Sequence record: PZ445437.1
Length of the DNA stretch: 64,000 nt
Source: a phage
Direction: 5' to 3' (one strand)
The position numbers and the translations under genes were made by a program. Shown here one piece after another: positions 1-11,244 of the stretch. How positions within the stretch are numbered: position 1 is the stretch's first letter; the number at the start of each line of letters is the position of its first letter. Under the pieces are notes generated by a model. The model saw only the letters and a list, made by a program, of their open reading frames with translations. It was not told where the DNA came from and ran no database searches.

Positions 1-84
1 ATGAGCAGGAAGGTCTTTAGGCGCCTTTGAGAAAACCACTTCACAGAAATTTTTGCGGGTATCAAAATAAGTAGTCATAAACAT
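1..84 (-). CDS. hypothetical protein, partial (start in window, runs off left edge)
   Basis: Hand translation: GAGGAAAA SD then ATG near 82-84, open frame continues to position 1; not in ORF track. Confidence 0.3.
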   Translation of the reverse strand, partial: MFMTTYFDTRKNFCEVVFSKAPKDLPAH

Positions 85-101
85 AATATTTTCCTCAGTA
101 A

Positions 102-117
102 GGGGCCGAAGCCCCTC
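102..117. other. GC hairpin GGGGCCGAAGCCCC (RNA structure, possible plus-sense terminator)
   Basis: Perfect inverted repeat followed on plus strand by TCATTTTATTTTT; no T-run in minus sense. Confidence 0.3.
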
Positions 118-126
118 ATTTTATTT

Positions 127-504
127 TTAAATATCAAATTCGTTAAGAACTACATCAAAGATTGCTTCCAAGTGCTCAGGTTTAGCTTTGTTACTCAGAA
201 TATGACGAATCCAAGTTTTAACTAAGAGTTTACGATTAGCACCATTCCAGCAAGGATGAGTCCCTAAATCGCGTTGGCGGAAATCATCATCCAGAGCGAT
301 TTTGAAGTTGGAACCTTTCATCGTGATTGAAACCGTGATACCGTTTTCAAATCGCATATAAACGTAGTTAGGAGTCATATACTGTTCAATTTCGCATACT
401 GATCCGTTTTGATGTTTCCAGAGGCAAATAGTATCAATAGAACCTGCAATACCATTAGAAACATATTTACGTTCAAAGTTGATGTAGTTCATTTTATTCT
501 CCAA
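127..504 (-). CDS. hypothetical protein (125 aa)
   Basis: ORF track; tightly packed in minus-strand early gene array. Confidence 0.6.
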   Translation of the reverse strand: MENKMNYINFERKYVSNGIAGSIDTICLWKHQNGSVCEIEQYMTPNYVYMRFENGITVSITMKGSNFKIALDDDFRQRDLGTHPCWNGANRKLLVKTWIRHILSNKAKPEHLEAIFDVVLNEFDI

Positions 505-559
505 GATGTTTAATTGCGGTACAGGTATATAATATCATATCCTGTACCAAAGTAAACAA

Positions 560-892
560 TTATTTTACTACTTTCCAATGCTGCATGTCAAGTTTACCAA
601 CTTTTTTCATCTTCTCAATTAAGCGTTCTGCACGTTGGCGAGCTGTAACATAATGCCATTCGCCTAATTCATTTTGTTCAATTTTTCCAACGATTACTGT
701 ATTCAATTCATAAATCCAACCAGTAAAGAAATTATGAACTTGAATTGTAAAGGTGAAATCTGTTCCCATACCTTCTGTTGTTTCTACTTCAATAATATCA
801 CCTTCAACTGCCATTAAGAACCACATAGTTTCATTATATTTACCATTGAAGCATTTAGTTTTAACTGCAGCGTTCAGATTAATCGTTTTCAT
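560..892 (-). CDS. hypothetical protein (110 aa)
   Basis: ORF track; co-oriented with neighbours. Confidence 0.6.
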   Translation of the reverse strand: MKTINLNAAVKTKCFNGKYNETMWFLMAVEGDIIEVETTEGMGTDFTFTIQVHNFFTGWIYELNTVIVGKIEQNELGEWHYVTARQRAERLIEKMKKVGKLDMQHWKVVK

Positions 893-973
893 TTTATTCT
901 CCTTTGTTTGTGTAAGATAATACTATCACAAAGGAACTATACTGTAAACAACTTTATGCAATCTTTGGAAAAT

Positions 974-997
974 AAAAAAGGACTCCCGAAGGAGTCC
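974..997 (-). terminator. rho-independent terminator
   Basis: Hairpin GGACTCC-TTCG-GGAGTCC followed by T-run in minus sense, directly after stop of ORF ending at 1003. Confidence 0.6.
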
Positions 998-1002
998 TCA
1001 AC

Positions 1003-1179
1003 TTATGCTTTCTGCTTACCAAAACGAGAAGCATCATCTCGAAGAACCGCACGTGCTCGGCGCATGATCTTCTCAACAGTTTGATTGATACGAGAGTTCG
1101 ACCCACGCTTGTAACCAGCGCGTTTAGAATCACCAACTTTCTTTTCAACTGCTTTCTTTGCTTTAACTTGTTTTGCCAT
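1003..1179 (-). CDS. small basic protein (about 58 aa; ORF extends to 1221 with alternative start)
   Basis: ORF track 1003..1221; internal Met (MAKQVKAKK...) preceded by AAGAGA; lysine/arginine rich. Confidence 0.5.
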   Translation of the reverse strand: MAKQVKAKKAVEKKVGDSKRAGYKRGSNSRINQTVEKIMRRARAVLRDDASRFGKQKA

Positions 1180-1211
1180 TATAAATTCTCTTTTAAATGA
1201 AAATGCAGGAC

Positions 1212-1400
1212 TTATTGGCATTGCCTGCGCAAGCCCTCAAAGGGGTACTTAGGTTTTGAATATTTACCGACAGGATAACCATAAACCTCGTCATCATACC
1301 ACCAAGACTTACACAGATAACACTTTTCTGACGCATGATAGTAACATTCAAGAGGTACACCATAAAACTGCCGGGGTCTTAAAACTATAATGATTCGCAA
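1212..1400 (-). CDS. hypothetical Cys/Tyr-rich small protein (62 aa)
   Basis: ORF track. Confidence 0.4.
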   Translation of the reverse strand: MRIIIVLRPRQFYGVPLECYYHASEKCYLCKSWWYDDEVYGYPVGKYSKPKYPFEGLRRQCQ

Positions 1401-1468
1401 ATCATTAATCAGACAGTTCGATGGCTCCTCGATTTTAGCTCACACTAAGGCAGTGAATCTCCAATAAA

Positions 1469-1717
1469 TTACTTCAATGTTACCACAAAGTGACGAACTG
1501 CTTTTCGTGCAGCAGAAGCCAGAGGCTTAGCATACTTAAGTTCATCTTTTTCCTGAAGCTCAGCAGCTAATGCAGTTTGAGCAGGATTCAGATGTTTGAA
1601 ATAACGCAGGATTTCAAGAGCTTCGGCTTCAACATCAATAGATGCGCCATAGTTTTCGTGACCATTATTCCATGCGTTTCGTTGCAGTTCAAGAGCGTGT
1701 TGTAATTGTTTAATCAT
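1469..1717 (-). CDS. rIII: rIII lysis-inhibition accessory protein (82 aa)
   Basis: Length and sequence match my memory of T4 rIII; position downstream of gene 31. Confidence 0.8.
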   Translation of the reverse strand: MIKQLQHALELQRNAWNNGHENYGASIDVEAEALEILRYFKHLNPAQTALAAELQEKDELKYAKPLASAARKAVRHFVVTLK

Positions 1718-1843
1718 TTAAAAATTCTCGTTAGAGATTAAAACTCGGTAGTCACGTTCTTCTGAATTTCATCTTCTTTCGACAGATCTCTCAGTTGTAG
1801 ACTACCACATAGAATTGAAACTCAATTCATATTATTATTTATA

Positions 1844-2179
1844 TCACTTATAAAGACACGGAATAGCTTTATAGTGACAAGTAACGAATTTTTGTTTAAT
1901 TTCTTTTGGCTGCTTAAGACCCAGAGCTACAAAAGGATGCGGAACATTTCGAATTTGACCAACTGGAAGAGAAGTCAAATCGCCAACTTCGCAGAAACCT
2001 TCAGGAACATCAGGACCAACAGAGTGAACTACACACAGTTCAGGAACTTCACCTTGAACACGTTTACCGATAATAAGTCCTGATTCTGTAACTTCTTCAT
2101 CACCGGCTTGTGCAGGTTCAGAAACTAAAATAACATATTCACCGACAGCACGAATTGGTAGCTGTTGTACTTCAGACAT
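1844..2179 (-). CDS. 31: gp31 co-chaperonin (GroES analogue), 111 aa
   Basis: Protein starts [30 protein letters not shown]..., recognised as T4 gp31; length 111 aa. Confidence 0.92.
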
Positions 2180-2235
2180 CGTTTTTCCTTTTTGTTAACA
2201 GATGAATTAATAATAACAAATAATTCTTAAAGCAT

Positions 2236-2544
2236 TTATTTACCAATAAATTGAAGCAAATGCTCAACTTTCATACCATTAACAGAAATCAATTTGTCAA
2301 TAGAAAAACCTCGCCATGCACCAAGCTCAACATCAAACACTGGAATCATGTCAGTAGATTCTTTCCGAGTAGATTCAGTCAATTTACCAGTTTGCATGGT
2401 TGGCATAAAGTCTGCATCACGAGTACCTTTCATAGTACGAATAGTACCATCAGACTTTTCAAAAACTACGTTTGAAACACCCATGGACAATTTAGTTTTC
2501 AAAATTTCACGAATTGCTACTTTCTGCTCAGTTGTCAGTTTCAT
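2236..2544 (-). CDS. hypothetical protein (102 aa)
   Basis: ORF track; between cd and 31. Confidence 0.6.
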   Translation of the reverse strand: MKLTTEQKVAIREILKTKLSMGVSNVVFEKSDGTIRTMKGTRDADFMPTMQTGKLTESTRKESTDMIPVFDVELGAWRGFSIDKLISVNGMKVEHLLQFIGK

Positions 2545-2781
2545 TTATTTACCTATTACAGTTTTAATATGAGTTGTTCCACGTTCTTTAAGGGTGGAAA
2601 GTAATTTTTGGCATTTTTCTAAATCAGATTTCCAACTATATGGTCTATCAATACTAGTCCAATCAGTTTTATAATACTGTTTCCATTTAGAGAAAAAATA
2701 TTTCTTATACTCTACAGCAAATGAGATGTTCTCGTTAGAATAAGAACTAATTGCTGTGAGCTTTACCAAACGAAATTTCAT
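2545..2781 (-). CDS. hypothetical protein (78 aa)
   Basis: ORF track; abuts cd stop. Confidence 0.55.
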   Translation of the reverse strand: MKFRLVKLTAISSYSNENISFAVEYKKYFFSKWKQYYKTDWTSIDRPYSWKSDLEKCQKLLSTLKERGTTHIKTVIGK

Positions 2782-3362
2782 TATTCACCACAGAATTCGT
2801 TGATATTTTCCCAGTTTAACTTATTCAAGTTTTTCTTGGGAACATTAAACACTTCAATACCTGCATTTCGCAGAATATCATCCCAGCCAGGTTTATTTTT
2901 ATCATATGTTTCGCAATAAACCAGCTTTTTAATACCAGATTGAGCTATCGCTTTTGCGCAATCTGGACAAGGAGAAAGTGTTACATACATAGTAGCACCT
3001 TCAATAGAAGAACCATTTCGTGCAGCAAACAAAATTGCATTTAGTTCAGCATGAATTTCATTTTTAGACGACCATTCAGAGTGAGCGCTACGGTGTTCTT
3101 TCGCCAAGACAAAGCGATCAGTTGAACCAAATGATACGCATTCAGGCTTATGGCCTTGGATGATAGTATGTTTAGGTTTATTCAGCAACCAACCTTGCTC
3201 AGCGGCATAATCACAACAGTTCACACCTCCTGCGGGTGAACCGTTATACCCAGTAGAAATAATACGTCCATTCTTTTCAATTACTGCTCCTACCTTCCAG
3301 GAGCAACATTTTGATTCTTGTGATACTAAATATGCAATTTGAAGTACTGTACTCGCTTTCAT
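2781..3362 (-). CDS. cd: dCMP deaminase (193 aa)
   Basis: HAE...PCPDC zinc-binding deaminase motifs; length equals T4 Cd. Confidence 0.9.
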   Translation of the reverse strand: MKASTVLQIAYLVSQESKCCSWKVGAVIEKNGRIISTGYNGSPAGGVNCCDYAAEQGWLLNKPKHTIIQGHKPECVSFGSTDRFVLAKEHRSAHSEWSSKNEIHAELNAILFAARNGSSIEGATMYVTLSPCPDCAKAIAQSGIKKLVYCETYDKNKPGWDDILRNAGIEVFNVPKKNLNKLNWENINEFCGE

Positions 3363-3697
3363 TTCATAATCACCAGATAAGCAGATTTAGCAGTTTCAAC
3401 ACGATAAATTTCATGACGAAGTTTAGTTATACTTTTAATAACAGAACTAATTATATTCTGTCCGTCTTTAAAGCGGTTTTTCTTATCAATAAAAATTGCG
3501 CCAACCATCTTTTTGTGAAGCTCAACTGGATACTTCGTCACAATAATAGCATCATATACAGAAGGATGAATACTATTTACTAGAGTGTCATTCATTAAAG
3601 TTATTCTAATGAACTGTGCTGTTTCAGAGTCAAGCGCTCTATGATCGCCAGTATCATTTTCAAGACAATTATCAATTATATCAGTTAAATTCATCAT
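3359..3697 (-). CDS. hypothetical protein (112 aa)
   Basis: ORF track; start/stop overlap with neighbours. Confidence 0.6.
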   Translation of the reverse strand: MMNLTDIIDNCLENDTGDHRALDSETAQFIRITLMNDTLVNSIHPSVYDAIIVTKYPVELHKKMVGAIFIDKKNRFKDGQNIISSVIKSITKLRHEIYRVETAKSAYLVIMK

Positions 3698-4029
3698 AGT
3701 ACGCCATACACCCTTTGTGCTTCAACTAATCCATCAAAATCCAGTTTAAGATGCGATATTTGATCGCCATCACCTGGATTCACAATTACTAATACTGAAC
3801 GAGGAGTTTCGGTAATAACACGAACCGATGTTTCAGGAAATCGTTCAGAAACCTTATTTACCAATTCCTGAGCAAATAGTTTAACTTTTTCTTGGAATTC
3901 TTTAACAGTAATTGGTTTTTCACTTAGCAGCATTTTGTTTTCCTCATTTGTTTGGTAGAGCCATAATATCACAACTCTACCGTAAAGTAAACTATTAAAT
4001 CGCTTTGAATTCCGCAGTTTGAGATTCAA
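3694..4029 (-). CDS. hypothetical protein (111 aa)
   Basis: ORF track. Confidence 0.55.
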   Translation of the reverse strand: MNLKLRNSKRFNSLLYGRVVILWLYQTNEENKMLLSEKPITVKEFQEKVKLFAQELVNKVSERFPETSVRVITETPRSVLVIVNPGDGDQISHLKLDFDGLVEAQRVYGVL

Positions 4030-4270
4030 AGCGAATGTCGCCTTTGATAACTAACTCAGCATCAAGACCGAATACGACAATGATATGCGCGGAACCTGGA
4101 TACAGCGTAATGGCAACAGAATCCACCTGGTCTGGAAGCAAAGTGTTTAATACATGAGTCACTTGAGCATGGATTCGAAGCTCGGCTGCGTTATCAAGCT
4201 TTTCAAACATATTATTAGCGATAATTTGACTAAACACTACTTCTACGATTTTAGAATAAGTCGGAAACAT
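3995..4270 (-). CDS. hypothetical protein (91 aa)
   Basis: ORF track. Confidence 0.55.
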   Translation of the reverse strand: MFPTYSKIVEVVFSQIIANNMFEKLDNAAELRIHAQVTHVLNTLLPDQVDSVAITLYPGSAHIIVVFGLDAELVIKGDIRFESQTAEFKAI

Positions 4271-4272
4271 AT

Positions 4273-4473
4273 TTACCTCACATAATTTTCTTCAAGCCAA
4301 TCAATAACATCCAAAGCGTTATCAAAAGTTGAACCATCTACTTTGTCTTCTGTTTCATAATCAAGAACATCTAAGCCTACTCTTCCGTCAACAATAGGCC
4401 ATAAACAAAATAGATATTTCTTTTCTTTTTCAATTTTATCACAAAGACGATAAATCTTTTCTATGTTATTCAT
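4273..4473 (-). CDS. hypothetical protein (66 aa)
   Basis: ORF track. Confidence 0.5.
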   Translation of the reverse strand: MNNIEKIYRLCDKIEKEKKYLFCLWPIVDGRVGLDVLDYETEDKVDGSTFDNALDVIDWLEENYVR

Positions 4474-4662
4474 AAGTTTTCCATGGTAAAGGCAGTTTAG
4501 TTTTCTTTACTGTTAGTTCAACATCAGGATTCTTTTCTCTCAATTTAAGACATTCCTCCCAAGCTCTGATTTCACTAGTGAATACACAAAATTGCCCATT
4601 ACTAGTACCGACTAAACCACTATTTACAATAATAATAGCCCAAGTTTCATGATGCCACGCCA

Positions 4663-4663
<1 letters not shown>
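4466..4663 (-). CDS. hypothetical protein (65 aa)
   Basis: ORF track. Confidence 0.5.
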
Positions 4664-5875
<1,212 letters not shown>

Positions 5876-5879
<4 letters not shown>

Positions 5880-6112
5880 TTATTTTTCTCAACTAATGAT
5901 TGAATATAATCATGCAGGTCTTTAGATGCTTTACCCCACTTATTTTGATATTCATTTTTGAGATTAGCACGTGATTGAGCTAATAAAACATCATTAGTTG
6001 GAGGTAAAGATTCTAACCGCTGAATCTGGCGTCCATAAATCATTGCAGCCATCTCGGATTCATAAATCAATCCTTTGAGATGTTCAAATTGATGCCATGA
6101 AATCATTTGCAT
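5876..6112 (-). CDS. hypothetical protein (78 aa)
   Basis: ORF track. Confidence 0.5.
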
Positions 6113-6402
6113 TTATCCTCTTTTAACTCTTGACGATAATAACATATCATAGTTTTCTGGTCATGTACATATCGTTTTACATCATTAAGCCAAATACGAA
6201 ATTCCTGGGAATCTTCAAATGGCATACCGACCCAAGCTTTACCATCAATAACTTTAACTTGCCAAGATAGTTTAGCTTCGTCATATGACTTTATTTGTAC
6301 AGGCCAGTTAGGATGAACTGTTTCTTTCTTTACTTCTAGAGGCTTTGTCGAACAACCAGCTAGAAGACCAATAGATAATATTACTGCGGATAGTTTAATC
6401 AT
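6103..6402 (-). CDS. predicted lipoprotein (99 aa)
   Basis: N-terminal signal peptide ending in lipobox LLAGC. Confidence 0.55.
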   Translation of the reverse strand: MIKLSAVILSIGLLAGCSTKPLEVKKETVHPNWPVQIKSYDEAKLSWQVKVIDGKAWVGMPFEDSQEFRIWLNDVKRYVHDQKTMICYYRQELKEDKCK

Positions 6403-6752
6403 TTAGAAAGATCCTGGATGTCTTCTGCGAACTTGTTGAAGGAGTTGTTGATTTGTTTTTCAACCAATCCTGGCTTATGAGCCACCACATCCGCCTTCTT
6501 TGCGTCTTTGCGCAGTTTTTCATTTTCACGCTCAATAGCAGCAATTGCCTCACGATTTTTATTATTCATCGCATCAATATAATTATACTGAATTCGCAAA
6601 TTATTTAATGCTAAAGCGTTTTCATTGGCTGTTTTTGTAATTTCAGTAACTGATGTTTCTAATCTTTCTACCTTATTTTTTAAAATAATAGATGTTCCGC
6701 CCAACGCAATTACAATTAATAACAAGCCTGCTGTCGTATTACTTAATTGCAT
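6399..6752 (-). CDS. membrane-anchored coiled-coil protein (117 aa)
   Basis: N-terminal hydrophobic helix then charged heptad-like region. Confidence 0.55.
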   Translation of the reverse strand: MQLSNTTAGLLLIVIALGGTSIILKNKVERLETSVTEITKTANENALALNNLRIQYNYIDAMNNKNREAIAAIERENEKLRKDAKKADVVAHKPGLVEKQINNSFNKFAEDIQDLSK

Positions 6753-7249
6753 AAAGTTTTAATAACCTCTATAATATCGTCTTGAGAAAGACCGTTAATT
6801 AAAATATGATGTTCAGCTGGAGATTTAGAAATTTTAAAGCATGCCGCAACATCTTCTGCCATATCTGATGCACTACGATTTGGATTACTAATTCCAAGAC
6901 GATGTTTTCCCGTCAAAGGATTAACGATGATATAACATTTGCAGCTATTGATATGAACATTAGGCTGAGTCTGATTAATGAATACTTCGCACTCATACTT
7001 AGCGAGTTGATTTTCTAAAAAGACTTTCATCTCCTCAACCGCATCAGGAAGCATATCACGGGCTTGCTCAAGACGACGATTTCGATATTCTTTAATGGTC
7101 GTTTTCCGCTTGACTTGCTTAGCTAAATCTTTCTTAAGATCGGTGATATATCCAACTCGACGATTTCCTTTGAATACAGAAATCCCATCTGTAGTATCAC
7201 CGTATGCTTCAACGACCATTTCAGTAGTAATAAGCTGTAAATCCATCAT
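6743..7249 (-). CDS. alc: Alc-like transcription terminator of host (cytosine-DNA) transcription, 168 aa
   Basis: Length and position (between pseT cluster and gene 63) as T4 alc; sequence recognised with moderate certainty. Confidence 0.7.
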   Translation of the reverse strand: MMDLQLITTEMVVEAYGDTTDGISVFKGNRRVGYITDLKKDLAKQVKRKTTIKEYRNRRLEQARDMLPDAVEEMKVFLENQLAKYECEVFINQTQPNVHINSCKCYIIVNPLTGKHRLGISNPNRSASDMAEDVAACFKISKSPAEHHILINGLSQDDIIEVIKTLCN

Positions 7250-7269
7250 AAAGTCCTCATGTTATGTCA

Positions 7270-7310
7270 GTAAAACTACTATAACACAACATGAGGGACT
7301 TGTAAACAGC
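7270..7310 (-). promoter_or_regulatory. T4-type early promoter (GTTTAC -35, TATAGT-like -10)
   Basis: Minus-sense GTTTACAAG...GTTATAGTAG upstream of alc start. Confidence 0.4.
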
Positions 7311-8898
<1,588 letters not shown>

Positions 8899-8904
8899 AA
8901 TAAA

Positions 8905-8922
8905 ATGGGCCTTGCGGCCCAC
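8905..8922 (-). terminator. hairpin terminator after nrdB
   Basis: GGGCCGCAAGGCCC followed by ATTTTATT in minus sense. Confidence 0.45.
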
Positions 8923-8925
8923 TCC

Positions 8926-9428
8926 TTAAAAGTATTTTTTAAAACTCATCATAACTTTATCATCAACATCATTATCAATCTGTGCAACAAGGTAAGATGA
9001 CAGTTCTACTTCTTGTGGCGCGGATTGAACATTATCAGAATTAAGATATTCACGAATCCAAGGATATGGATGTTTAACCGGAGCATCGGTAATTGGGCAT
9101 GGAAGACCACACTGTTTCATACGAGATACAGTTAAGTAATCAATAAAGCTCCACATGCTATTTGTATTTAATCCAGGAACATCGCCATCTTTAAATAAAT
9201 GAACTGCCCAATCTTTTTCTTGGCGGTTAACTTCCATAAAAATATCAACTGCTTCTTGTTCACACTCTTTGGCAATTTTAACCCATTCATCGCCGTCAGT
9301 GCCAAGTTGAAGTTGACGAATAATATATTGGGTGCCTTTAAGGTGAAGCTGTTCATCACGTGCAATGAACTTCATAATCTTGGCATTACCTTCCATGATT
9401 TCCATGTTCTTATGGAAGTTAAAGGTAC
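8926..9428 (-). CDS. nrdB: ribonucleotide reductase small subunit, exon 2
   Basis: Frame encodes TFNFHKNMEIMEGNAKIMKFIARDEQLH (R2 iron-ligand region); no in-frame ATG upstream (track used TTG); joined to exon 1 by inferred splice. Confidence 0.8.
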
Positions 9429-9563
9429 CGTATGTTCGATTGAGCTCGCTAATTCTCAACCCGTTCTCTTATGAACTGCTGCATGTTACCATGCAGTCCA
9501 GACTATATCACAATCCCGGAGGGATTCTCCCCATTTCGAGTCGCTTGACCCTACGTCCGAAGA

Positions 9564-10373
9564 CTAGTCGTTGAACCTTGTTTTGCAATTGTCGCCGTGC
9601 CATCGTTTATATGTTGATGGTGATAAATCTTTCTTACCACAATATGGACAATTCAATTGAATTCTATTTGGATTTAATTTACATCTGTCATTATGTTTTA
9701 GATAAAATCCAGGACCTTTACCAATGTGACCACAGAAATCACATGTGATTTCTTTTTGTGCAGGATGGGTCCCGTTCTTAACCATTTCTAATGTTTTTGC
9801 TGATGTTCTTTTCTTATGGTCTTCTGATAAGAAATGATGTGAACCGTCATTTACCCGTTTTGATTGAGTTTCTGACTGCATTTTACCACCGCAAAATACA
9901 TGAGTACCTTCTTTTATAGCTGCAATATTGCGTTCTTTAACTTTTGCAATATGCTCAGCTTGTTGAAAATTATGTATACCTAATGCAACTCTATTTAAAT
10001 TAGATTTACGCTGTATTTCACCATCTAAAAGATGAAATGTACCATTTTCTATCTTAGATTTAATAGAGGCAATATTTTTAGCTCGTACTTCAGGGATATT
10101 AAAAATCTGGATTTCTCTAGATTTTGCGGCTTTAGAAGCTAATTCAGAAATTTCTTCAGGAGAATATTTCATTCTAAGCTTTATAGCATGACAAGCCTGG
10201 TAATCTTTTTGAGCTAAATGTATATCATAATGTTCCTGTATAGAAAGGCACATCAAATTATCTAAATCATTATTTTCACGGTTACCGTCTTTATGATGGA
10301 TTTCGTATGTTCTTCCATCAGAATCTTTAGGTATAGGTCCGTTAGCATCTATCCAAATTTTTCTATAGTTCAA
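9564..10373 (-). CDS. intron-encoded HNH homing endonuclease (I-TevIII-like), 269 aa, apparent TTG start
   Basis: EIHHKDGNRENNDLDNLMCLSIQEHYDIH HNH motif plus C-terminal CxxC...CxxC zinc finger; lies wholly inside the inferred intron. Confidence 0.85.
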   Translation of the reverse strand: MNYRKIWIDANGPIPKDSDGRTYEIHHKDGNRENNDLDNLMCLSIQEHYDIHLAQKDYQACHAIKLRMKYSPEEISELASKAAKSREIQIFNIPEVRAKNIASIKSKIENGTFHLLDGEIQRKSNLNRVALGIHNFQQAEHIAKVKERNIAAIKEGTHVFCGGKMQSETQSKRVNDGSHHFLSEDHKKRTSAKTLEMVKNGTHPAQKEITCDFCGHIGKGPGFYLKHNDRCKLNPNRIQLNCPYCGKKDLSPSTYKRWHGDNCKTRFND

Positions 10374-10400
10374 TTGTGCATCCTCTTAAAAGTATAATCA

Positions 10401-10408
10401 TATTTATA
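10401..10408 (-). promoter_or_regulatory. late promoter TATAAATA upstream of intron endonuclease
   Basis: Minus-sense TATAAATA about 28 nt upstream of the ORF start, followed by AAGAGGA. Confidence 0.4.
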
Positions 10409-10517
10409 TTATACTAATTAAAGGTGCAAGCAAAACCTTGGCTGCTAGTTTTCCATAAAGGACTTTCCAGCAATTAAAGGAGTTTTCGATAAACGTTACC
10501 GTTTAAAGGCGCATTTT

Positions 10518-11193
10518 ACGCAAAAGATACATAAAAACGAATAGCTTCCAATGCGTTGATTGCATGGAGGCAAAGGTAAAGAGATTTCATTAAAGCACGT
10601 TTAGCTTCGGCTTCTTGTTTAATAGCTCGGTTTAAACGAAAGACAGCATCAGGAGATTCTTTAGCTAGTTCTACAAATTCTTTAGCGTTTTCCCAATAAC
10701 GAGTTTTAATCAGAACATCATCATAATAACGTCCAATGGATTCAGCACGTTTCATAATAGCTTCATCTAATACAATTTCATCAAATACCTTCGATGGATC
10801 AGTATAAAGATTTCGCATGATATGTGTATATGAACGGCTGTGAATAGTTTCACTAAAAGTCCATGTAGCAACCCATGTATCAAGGCTTGGGTCTGAAATT
10901 AACGACATAAGTACAGCAGACGGCGCACGACCCTGAATGCTATCCAAAAGTGATTGATACTTCAGATTATTAGTAAAAATATTTTGCTGATACTGAGGAA
11001 GCTTATTAAACTGTGCAGCATCCATCATCAAGTTTACTTCTTCAGGACGCCAGAAAAATGATAATTGCTTTTCGGTTAAATCTTCAAAAACTTTATGGCG
11101 TTGAATATCATAACGCGCAATACCAAGACCTGAACCAAAAAACATAGGTTCTTTTAAAACATCAACTGGATTTGTATTAAAAACTGTGCTCAT
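10518..11193 (-). CDS. nrdB: ribonucleotide reductase small subunit, exon 1
   Basis: N-terminal R2 sequence ending ...LEAIRFYVSFA then stop that is the first intron nucleotide. Confidence 0.8.
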
Positions 11194-11244
11194 AAATTTT
11201 CCACTTAGTTAATAGATAGTGACTCGTCCATGAGTCAAATTATA

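Larger units (their letters stand above)
9429..10517 (-). mobile_element. group I self-splicing intron in nrdB carrying homing endonuclease ORF (boundaries inferred)
   Basis: Exon 1 ends ...VSFA at a stop; splice GCG-U / G-GUACC restores VSFA-C-TFNF and a total exon length of 1179 nt divisible by 3; 5' exon ends in U, intron ends in G. Confidence 0.7.

Noticed and set aside
954-1148. 64-aa ORF overlapping the small basic-protein gene in another frame
   Set aside because: Alternate frame of the same interval; the co-oriented lysine-rich ORF with a terminator directly after its stop is the better call.
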